From a virus (lineage: Duplodnaviria > Caudoviricetes), in IMG/VR virus record IMGVR_UViG_3300010361_000023, positions 1 to 39,214 of that record: a stretch of 39,214 bases of DNA; one strand, written 5' to 3'. Each line of letters starts with the position of its first letter. The first letter of the stretch is position 1. Made by a program: the position numbers and the translations under genes. The notes under the pieces were generated by a model. The model ran no database searches. It was given only the letters and a program-made list of their open reading frames with translations, and was not told the DNA's origin. Below, piece after piece: positions 19,834-26,513 of the stretch.

Positions 19834-20745
19834 ATGGCAGGCACACCGTATAACGGCCTTTCCGCAAACGTCGCAGCCCCGGCCGCCGTCAACATCCAGT
19901 CGTCGACGAATGCGAGTCCGATTGTCGTCCAGACGGCCGCAGCCCATGGCTGCCTGACAGGGGACATCATCGACGTATCAGGTCACCAGGTCAATACCGC
20001 AGCAAACGGACAGTGGCGCGTCATCGTCAACGACTCGACCCACGTCCAGCTCGTGGGCTCGACCGGGAGCGGCGTCGGAGGCGCCACCGGCACGACGCAG
20101 GCCATCGTCTTCACCGGCAACATCTCGCTCAACCCGGTCAATGGCGATCCCTACGACGCGAGCACGTACATCCCTGGCATGTCGTGCCTTGCCGATCGAA
20201 CGGCGAAGCTCGCCGTCATGACGGGCGGCTGGAAGATCGTGAACGTTTTCTCGACCTTCGGCGGGACTCCGTTCAACTCGTGGGCAACGATCGCGAGCTT
20301 CACCGCGCTCACGCCGCTCGACTGGAGCAGTGGTGGGATCATGCCGTTCGTCAACGCAGTCGCGCCGAACTCGCTTGCGGTCGAAGCCAATGACTTGGTC
20401 CTCGTAGACGTGGTCACGTCTTTCGACGTCACGTCGAACTCTGGCGACTCATCCTCGACCCGGTACAGCAATCTGCTCTATACCGCGAACTGGGTCCCCG
20501 GAGGCTCTCCGTTCTTTTCGACGGCGAATGCCAGCCAAGATAGTAGCGTCCTCGTTCCTGCCTCAGGCGGATATCAGGACATCCGATCCATCCACCTGCG
20601 CGCCCTCGTCGAGTGTCCGTTTAGCGGGTTCTTTGACTTCAAGTTGCGCCTCGAGGCCAACGCAACGTTGACGAAGACTCTATCGCTCGATGGATCGTAC
20701 CAGGCCAACGCCATCGTCCTGCGAGCCACGGCGTGGCCGCAATGA
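19834..20745 (+). CDS. Tail fibre / baseplate-attached protein
   Basis: SD GAGGA; N-terminal STNASPIVVQTAAAHG module; beta-rich C-terminus. Confidence 0.65.
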   Translation: MAGTPYNGLSANVAAPAAVNIQSSTNASPIVVQTAAAHGCLTGDIIDVSGHQVNTAANGQWRVIVNDSTHVQLVGSTGSGVGGATGTTQAIVFTGNISLNPVNGDPYDASTYIPGMSCLADRTAKLAVMTGGWKIVNVFSTFGGTPFNSWATIASFTALTPLDWSSGGIMPFVNAVAPNSLAVEANDLVLVDVVTSFDVTSNSGDSSSTRYSNLLYTANWVPGGSPFFSTANASQDSSVLVPASGGYQDIRSIHLRALVECPFSGFFDFKLRLEANATLTKTLSLDGSYQANAIVLRATAWPQ

Positions 20746-20748
20746 TCT

Positions 20749-21042
20749 CTAGGGACAGACCCCGTTACCGATTACGGCGATACCTCCGTCCACGGGAGTG
20801 TACGCCGTACATGCCTCACCCGATGTACACTCACCGTTCGTCGCGACCTCGTCCGGTCTGTCCGACCACGTGGACACGGTCCCGCTCATCCACTGCACGA
20901 CGGTCGACGGACCTGCACAGTAGACCGAGCCGTTCACGTTGCAGCACTCGGAAGACACCGGGACGGACCGAGCCTCAGATCCAGCTCCGGCGCCGCATCC
21001 ATACAATCCGACCATCGCCGCCACGATCATCTGCCTTGACAT
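20749..21042 (-). CDS. Small Cys-rich lipoprotein (moron, possible superinfection exclusion)
   Basis: SD GGAGG, ATG 21042, signal MSRQMIVAAMVGLYG-C16, six further Cys; antisense to tail operon. Confidence 0.75.
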   Translation of the reverse strand: MSRQMIVAAMVGLYGCGAGAGSEARSVPVSSECCNVNGSVYCAGPSTVVQWMSGTVSTWSDRPDEVATNGECTSGEACTAYTPVDGGIAVIGNGVCP

Positions 21043-21081
21043 TGGAGAACCTCCGAGACCTTCGCATGCTACGCTTGTGCC

Positions 21082-21492
21082 ATGCCGACTGACCAACCGC
21101 TACTCACGCAAGACTTTCGCGTGATGCAGGGCGGAGCCTGGTCGATTGCCTTCCCGCTGTTCGTGGTCCAACCTTACCAACCGTTTTCGATCGCCGGGTA
21201 CGGAGCGCGGTTCGCGCTCGGAGCGAACTACGGGGACGGAACCGAACTCATTACCTGTTCGATCGGATCTCCAAGCGCGCGCGGGAGCTCGATCTCCCTC
21301 GTGACGATCCCGGGCGCGCAGGGCGTGGTGTGTGCCGCGCAGCCGAATATCCGGGGTGCGGACACGCTGGCTCTGTCGATCATGCCGGGGCAACGGACCG
21401 CGCGGTTCTTTGGTCAGGTGGATGTTACGCCCCCTGGCGGCGATCCCCTGACCGTTTGGGCTGGCACCTGGTACGTCTGGGCAAGGATATGA
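21082..21492 (+). CDS. Hypothetical tail-associated protein
   Basis: 136 aa beta-rich ORF; TACGCT -10 6 nt upstream. Confidence 0.7.
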   Translation: MPTDQPLLTQDFRVMQGGAWSIAFPLFVVQPYQPFSIAGYGARFALGANYGDGTELITCSIGSPSARGSSISLVTIPGAQGVVCAAQPNIRGADTLALSIMPGQRTARFFGQVDVTPPGGDPLTVWAGTWYVWARI

Positions 21493-21496
21493 CGCG

Positions 21497-21889
21497 ATGA
21501 GCAATCAGATCCAGGTCCCCTTCCTCGGGATCCCTGGTCCCGGCGGTCCAGGCGCATTCACGGCGGCGCCCGACGCGACGCCTGCAGGCGGCATCGTCCA
21601 GGCCACGAACATGCTCTGGGTCCCGTGCGACCTTCGCACGGGTCAGGTCACCGTGGCGGCCCCAACGGCGGCCCAAGAGGGATGGCTTTTCGCGGTGGCC
21701 GACATCTACGGGGTCGCCCCCTCGGCACCTATCCGCGTGACGTGCAGCGATGCCGGAGTCAGCCTCGCCAACCCTGCGTGGAACGGATCAGGCAGTCCCT
21801 ACGGACTGCTCGGCGTCATGGTGGTCTCGCTTGGGGTGCAGGTGTGGAGGTTCTCTCTTGCGTCGCTGCAGTGGAGACTGGCGACCTGA
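21497..21889 (+). CDS. Hypothetical tail-associated protein
   Basis: 130 aa ORF, in series. Confidence 0.7.
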   Translation: MSNQIQVPFLGIPGPGGPGAFTAAPDATPAGGIVQATNMLWVPCDLRTGQVTVAAPTAAQEGWLFAVADIYGVAPSAPIRVTCSDAGVSLANPAWNGSGSPYGLLGVMVVSLGVQVWRFSLASLQWRLAT

Positions 21890-21915
21890 CTCATCCGCAT
21901 GGTACGATTTGACCC

Positions 21916-23340
21916 ATGCGCATGCGTCAAGCCCTGATTCTCGTCGCGGCCCTATGGGCCATCGCTTGCCGCCCATCGCCCGGAGAGCATCAGACGAAGC
22001 CGAAGCCCTCGATGGCGATGGCGATGGTGTCTTCCGCATTCACCGTCCCGGCTTGGTACATCGATGGGTCGAACACTACCGGATGCGCCTCGGACGGGAA
22101 CACCTGTCAATCGGCGACGTGCGGCGGGATAGGCGTCGGCCCGTGCTCGACTTACGCGTCGATTATCAATCGATGGGGGACCGCATCGCCGACCATCGCG
22201 CAGTCAACACGCGTGACCTTCCTGTCCAACGACAATGAGCCGCCATTCTACGTGACTCCAGCGGTCACGGCGGCTGGGTCGTTCTTCATGACCGGAACGC
22301 TATCAACGGTCGGATCCGGCACGCTATCGAGCGCTACGCAGCGAAACCGCGCCACCGGCCAACTCTTGAGCGTCAATCTTGGGCAGTCCGTGGCTCCCTT
22401 CGTCGGGCTCATACTCAAGGACGTGACCAAGAGCGTATACGCCTGGATTGATTCCTCCAGCTCGGGCACGACAGCCGTGCTGTCGCAACCGTTCACGTCA
22501 ACGGCCGAGTGCATATTCGTTTCTAGCGAATCGGATACAGTGACCGGAGGGGACACGTTCCAGATTATCCAGCCATCGCAAGTCAATGTCCGCAGTTTCA
22601 ACCCAGCGCTCCCCATAAACACACTCGTCCCTAGCATTCAGTCTTGTTTCGAGAACATCTGGGTTCCAGATCTATCTGGGACACCCAGCACAAGCTCTTT
22701 CGACTTCAACGCCACAACCCAGGCCACGCTCTCCCGGATCGACCCGACAGCCTATTTCAGGTCTGAAAAGGTATCGCTCGAGGCAGTATACAACTTCAAC
22801 GACAATTGGAACGGGGGGGCTCAGGCCAGCGCAACGGCGTCGCTCAATTCGGCGAACCTGATCGGAGGAATCCTTTACGCCAGCGAGTCCTACAGCGATC
22901 AGGGGTCCTCCAACGGAATGTATATCCTGGACGGCGGGATCATCCTGCACGGTTTCGTGCTTATGACCGGTGGCGCTCTTGGTGACGTATACGTGAAGAG
23001 TTTCCTGGATCTAGTGAAAGAGTTTATTCAGATTGGTCAGAACGTCGGCCCAGGAGTGATATGGGGACCCGGCGAACTGCAGGTCGGTCCGGGAGTCGTG
23101 CTCACGATGCGGACCGGACTGACCGCTACGCAGGCTTTTCAGCAGACCGGAGGCTTCTTTTTCGGAAACTTCTCAAACATCGGTACCGCGTGCGGGATCG
23201 ATGTCACCGGGGACCCGGCGGTCTGGCATTGCGGCCGGACCCTGACACCGGCTCACATCGACGGCACCATCGCGAGCGGTGGATTCGGGGGTAGTGCCGT
23301 AGACCCTTGGCTTGGCTCCACGATCACCGCTGAGAGGTAA
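21916..23340 (+). CDS. Large beta-rich protein with lipoprotein signal peptide
   Basis: MRMRQALILVAALWAIA-C18; WYIDGSN..G..SD.N motif resembling tailspike/lyase N-termini; visibly lower GC. Confidence 0.75.
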   Translation: MRMRQALILVAALWAIACRPSPGEHQTKPKPSMAMAMVSSAFTVPAWYIDGSNTTGCASDGNTCQSATCGGIGVGPCSTYASIINRWGTASPTIAQSTRVTFLSNDNEPPFYVTPAVTAAGSFFMTGTLSTVGSGTLSSATQRNRATGQLLSVNLGQSVAPFVGLILKDVTKSVYAWIDSSSSGTTAVLSQPFTSTAECIFVSSESDTVTGGDTFQIIQPSQVNVRSFNPALPINTLVPSIQSCFENIWVPDLSGTPSTSSFDFNATTQATLSRIDPTAYFRSEKVSLEAVYNFNDNWNGGAQASATASLNSANLIGGILYASESYSDQGSSNGMYILDGGIILHGFVLMTGGALGDVYVKSFLDLVKEFIQIGQNVGPGVIWGPGELQVGPGVVLTMRTGLTATQAFQQTGGFFFGNFSNIGTACGIDVTGDPAVWHCGRTLTPAHIDGTIASGGFGGSAVDPWLGSTITAER

Positions 23341-23344
23341 CCGA

Positions 23345-23725
23345 ATGTCGACAGAGCCGCCCGTCGGATTTACTGGCGATCTCGAGCCGTCACCGACTCT
23401 GGGGAGCATCGCCGCCGAACTACAGAACCTCACCCGGGCCGTGGCCGAGCTCGCGACGCGACTCGGGCATCTCGAGGTCAAGATCGAAGCGGCCACTGCT
23501 TCGTCTCAGCGCACCGTCAATGCTGTCCTCATGCTCCAGCGCCGCGTCGACGAGATCGCGACCGACTCTAGAATCAGCGCTGAAGCGGCTCGACTTGCTC
23601 AGATCGAAGCGCAGCACGCCGCCGATCGAGCTACGGCGAGCTACGAAGCAGTTCGGACGCTGACAAGCCCCATGCGAGGGCGGGAGACGACGCAGCGCAA
23701 CAGTAGCCTGCCGCCGGAGGAGTGA
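23345..23725 (+). CDS. Coiled-coil hypothetical protein (lysis region)
   Basis: SD GAGG, ATG 23345; heptad-rich. Confidence 0.7.
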   Translation: MSTEPPVGFTGDLEPSPTLGSIAAELQNLTRAVAELATRLGHLEVKIEAATASSQRTVNAVLMLQRRVDEIATDSRISAEAARLAQIEAQHAADRATASYEAVRTLTSPMRGRETTQRNSSLPPEE

Positions 23726-24027
23726 TGCTCCCTTCCTGGGTCACATGGGACCACTGCAAGGACATCGTCCAGGGCGTCGGGTACCTCGCCGCGCTCTGGT
23801 ACACCCATCGCCGGACGACGAAACGCCTCGATCGCCAGGACCACGAACTGAAAAAGCAGAGCGTCGGCATTGAGTGGAACAACGAGGCGACCGAGATGAT
23901 CGCGTCTGGCGCCGTCACCATTCCGCCGCCCGCGGTCATCACGACTCCGTTGCCGCCCCGCCCGAAAGTCGCCTCGCAGGTTGACATCGAGGCCGAACTC
24001 GTGGCAGAGGCCGCGAAGAAGCGGTAG
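23722..24027 (+). CDS. Putative membrane protein (holin/antiholin candidate)
   Basis: One N-terminal hydrophobic segment followed by basic residues; GTGA coupling. Confidence 0.55.
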   Translation: MMLPSWVTWDHCKDIVQGVGYLAALWYTHRRTTKRLDRQDHELKKQSVGIEWNNEATEMIASGAVTIPPPAVITTPLPPRPKVASQVDIEAELVAEAAKKR

Positions 24028-24050
24028 AATCCGCTCGCGAGGTGAACCTC

Positions 24051-24218
24051 ATGAGCGTGACCCTGAATCTCGTTTTGACCGGCCTCATCGCCGGTCTGGC
24101 AGGCGCCGCCGCCGCAATCGCTCCCGTCGAGCCCGTCATCGCCAGCTATCTCGGAGGCGCCGCGGCGATCCTCAAGATCGCTGACGGCATCCTGACTCAT
24201 CAGGCGGTGAAGTCGTGA
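24051..24218 (+). CDS. Putative holin (55 aa, below ORF-track cutoff)
   Basis: SD GAGGTG; MSVTLNLVLTGLIAGLAGAAAAIAPVEPVIASYLGGAAAILKIADGILTHQAVKS, two hydrophobic segments. Confidence 0.65.
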   Translation: MSVTLNLVLTGLIAGLAGAAAAIAPVEPVIASYLGGAAAILKIADGILTHQAVKS

Positions 24219-24511
24219 AGCGGGCTCTCGCCATTCTCGCGGTGAGCCTGTCCCCGCTCCTCGCCTGCCAGGGCTGCTCTGCCGCCCAACAGCAGGCCGC
24301 CGTCCCCGCGATCGCCGCGGTCGTTGAATGCGTCTACGAGCACGTTGACGCCTGCATCGTCGCGAAGACGCCGTGGATTGCGTGCACCGAGCAGACCGCC
24401 ATCGCATGCGGCGTGGACGTGCCCGGGGTCGTTTCGATCTGGGCCTCGAAGCAGGCATCGGAGGCCCGAGAAAGAGGCGACGGGGGCGTCAATCCGGCGA
24501 GCTACCCGTGA
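24215..24511 (+). CDS. Lipoprotein, possible spanin component
   Basis: Signal peptide with LLA-C lipobox; Cys-rich; inside lysis cassette. Confidence 0.65.
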   Translation: MKRALAILAVSLSPLLACQGCSAAQQQAAVPAIAAVVECVYEHVDACIVAKTPWIACTEQTAIACGVDVPGVVSIWASKQASEARERGDGGVNPASYP

Positions 24512-25254
24512 CCGCCCGCACCTTTGTTCTCATCGACGAAACAGGCGGCCTCAGCACCGCAAACGGGGAGACTCTCACCGCCACCAAGCTCTCCGCCATC
24601 GCGTCCGCCTGTCAAACCTACCTGAACCGCGATGTCGCCTCCGAGCACGGGGGCGGGCCCTGCCTTGTGCGCGTGTCGTCCGGGGCCGACCTCCAATCCG
24701 GTGAGATCGTCTTCGCTATCCTTCCTGCCCTTCCGAATGCGCCTGGCGCCGTCGCCTACCACTCCGTGGACGGGGCGGGACTGGCAGTAGCCTACGACGC
24801 GATCGCCGCGTCGGACAGCCTTACCGGTCCAGGAAACAGCCTATCCGTCGCCATCTCCCACGAGCTCGCGGAGATCGTTGGAGACGAAGGCTGTAACCTC
24901 TGGGCGGATGACGGGACCGGGACCGAGCACGCGCACGAGCTCTGCGACCCGGTCGAGGTGCAGAGCTACGAAGTCACACCGGGGAGCGGGATCTACGTCT
25001 CGAATTTCGTCCTCCGAAGCTACTTCGACCCGTCGCACGCGGGACCCTTTGACTGGATGACGCTTGTCGGACTGGTGGGCGCAGTCGCACCTTCGGGGCC
25101 GCTCCAGACCGCGATCGGAGCGGGCGGGAATTACCAGATCACCCGGAAGGCCGATCCGTCGACCGAGACGCAGGTCACGGCCCTGTTCCCGTTCGGCTAC
25201 CGACGCCCTTGGCGACACGGAAGTCGAAGGGCGAAGCGAGGGGTTGTTCCGTGA
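24508..25254 (+). CDS. Putative zinc metallopeptidase
   Basis: GTG 24508; AYH...SHELAE...NLW...HELCDPVE zincin-like motifs. Confidence 0.65.
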   Translation: MTARTFVLIDETGGLSTANGETLTATKLSAIASACQTYLNRDVASEHGGGPCLVRVSSGADLQSGEIVFAILPALPNAPGAVAYHSVDGAGLAVAYDAIAASDSLTGPGNSLSVAISHELAEIVGDEGCNLWADDGTGTEHAHELCDPVEVQSYEVTPGSGIYVSNFVLRSYFDPSHAGPFDWMTLVGLVGAVAPSGPLQTAIGAGGNYQITRKADPSTETQVTALFPFGYRRPWRHGSRRAKRGVVP

Positions 25255-25877
25255 TCGCCGGCACCGCCACCCCCGGGGCCTGGGTCGACACGTCGTGGAA
25301 GCTGACTCCGTCGGTGCTCTCCGCGCTCAAGCAAGCGGGCAAGGTCGGCGTGATGCGCTACGTGCCACTCCCCGGCAATGCGAGCGCGGGGGACATCTCC
25401 GGCGGAGAGATGGCTGATATCCTCGTGGCAGATCTCGAGCTCCTCCTCGTGCAGCACGTTCGACGGCCTCCGTGGCTCCCCCAGGCGTATTCAGGCCTGC
25501 TCGACGGTCAGGCTGCCGCTGACTCGGCGCGTGCAGTTGGGTACCCGCCTGGGGCCCATGTGTTCCTCGACCTCGAGGGGGCCGCCGGGCAACCGTCCGA
25601 CGCCGAGAAGTGGACGAACGACTGGGCGGCCGCGGTCAAGTGCGAGGGGTACCTCGCGGGCCTGTACGTGGGCTACAGTGCGCTCCTCTCACCGCTCGAG
25701 CTCTACGCGCTGCCCGACTTCGACTGCTACTGGTCGGACGCGGGGCCCCGACAGGTGGCAACGCGTGGGTTCGCGATCAAGCAGGGGGCTGAGGTCACGA
25801 TCGGGGGCGTTACGTTCGACCTCGACGAGGTCCGCCAAGATCTGCTGGGCGGATTGCCGGTAGCGGCTCGGGCCTAG
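25251..25877 (+). CDS. Endolysin, DUF1906 / GH25-like glycoside hydrolase
   Basis: WVDT, VMRY, FLDLEG, GLYVGY motifs. Confidence 0.85.
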   Translation: MIAGTATPGAWVDTSWKLTPSVLSALKQAGKVGVMRYVPLPGNASAGDISGGEMADILVADLELLLVQHVRRPPWLPQAYSGLLDGQAAADSARAVGYPPGAHVFLDLEGAAGQPSDAEKWTNDWAAAVKCEGYLAGLYVGYSALLSPLELYALPDFDCYWSDAGPRQVATRGFAIKQGAEVTIGGVTFDLDEVRQDLLGGLPVAARA

Positions 25878-26155
25878 GCGAGCATCCTCCTCGCCCGCTC
25901 GAGGCACTCCGCCCAGATCTCCGGCTCGGCATCCTCACCCTGGCCCAGCTTCGCCAGCGCCACGCCGAGCATCGATTCGGGAATCGTGTGCCCTCGCCAG
26001 TCCGAGTGCTCCTCGACCCACGCGATCGCCCGCGGGTCGGTCGCGAAGAGGCGACGGGCGAGGTCGTCCAACGTCTCGATGCCGCAGAGATCGTCTTCCT
26101 GCAGGACCTCGCGAAGAGCGCCACTGCCCGGCCCCGGAGCGTCTGTTCGCTCCAC
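25874..26155 (-). CDS. Hypothetical protein (start uncertain)
   Basis: Protein-like C-terminal part of ORF 25874..26482; GTG 26155 is one possible start. Confidence 0.5.
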   Translation of the reverse strand: MERTDAPGPGSGALREVLQEDDLCGIETLDDLARRLFATDPRAIAWVEEHSDWRGHTIPESMLGVALAKLGQGEDAEPEIWAECLERARRMLA

Positions 26156-26275
26156 CGCGGTTACCGGCCGCGACGGGTTGGCCTCCGGACGAGCCTTGCC
26201 CGAGGCCGGGCTTGGTTCCGGGCCGTGGCTGCCCGGGGTAGTAGGTCCGGGGCAGGAAGACCCCACCGAAGGTTC
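26120..26275 (-). ncRNA. Multi-hairpin structured element
   Basis: Hairpins at 26136-26153, 26156-26172, 26198-26211, 26229-26255 and an ACC-TTC-GGT stem-loop. Confidence 0.35.
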
Positions 26276-26359
26276 CGGGAGCGACCCGGCAAGCTGACTA
26301 GCGCCTGCGCCTAGGCACGGTTTATCAGACCGGTGCGAATCGTTACTAGCTTCGCTCCC
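26276..26359 (-). tRNA. Degenerate tRNA-Ile(GAT)-like element
   Basis: GGGAGCG(A)/(T)CGCTCCC closing stem; anticodon arm CGGT-CTGATAA-ACCG at tRNA-like spacing; no canonical T loop or CCA. Confidence 0.4.
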
Positions 26360-26513
26360 TCGGAGGGGACTGCTGAATTCGCAGCAGCGCCGCCCGCAGC
26401 CGCGCGATTTCGTCGGCGGATTCGGCGCGGCCGTCCTCGTAGCCATCGCGATAAGCGTCGTCAGCGTTCCAGGGTTCGTCATGCCCCAGCCTGAACTCGC
26501 TCGGCTTGCTCAT
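26346..26513 (-). CDS. Hypothetical protein (55 aa, below ORF-track cutoff)
   Basis: ATGA-coupled to upstream gene; MSKPSEFRLGHDEPWNADDAYRDGYEDGRAESADEIARLRAALLRIQQSPPRERS, TAG TAA stop. Confidence 0.7.
   Translation of the reverse strand: MSKPSEFRLGHDEPWNADDAYRDGYEDGRAESADEIARLRAALLRIQQSPPRERS

Noticed and set aside
17084-23340. Diversity-generating retroelement or invertible fibre cassette
   Set aside because: No reverse transcriptase or invertase, and no long adenine-variant repeat pair seen; the repeats are short protein-domain duplications.
26318-26332. Hammerhead ribozyme core at CTGATAA
   Set aside because: Does not match CUGANGA and lacks a properly placed GAAA; it fits a tRNA anticodon loop better.
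26156-26482. N-terminal half of ORF 25874..26482 as real protein
   Set aside because: A better coupled 55-aa gene occupies 26346..26513 in another frame, and the rest is hairpin or tRNA-like sequence.
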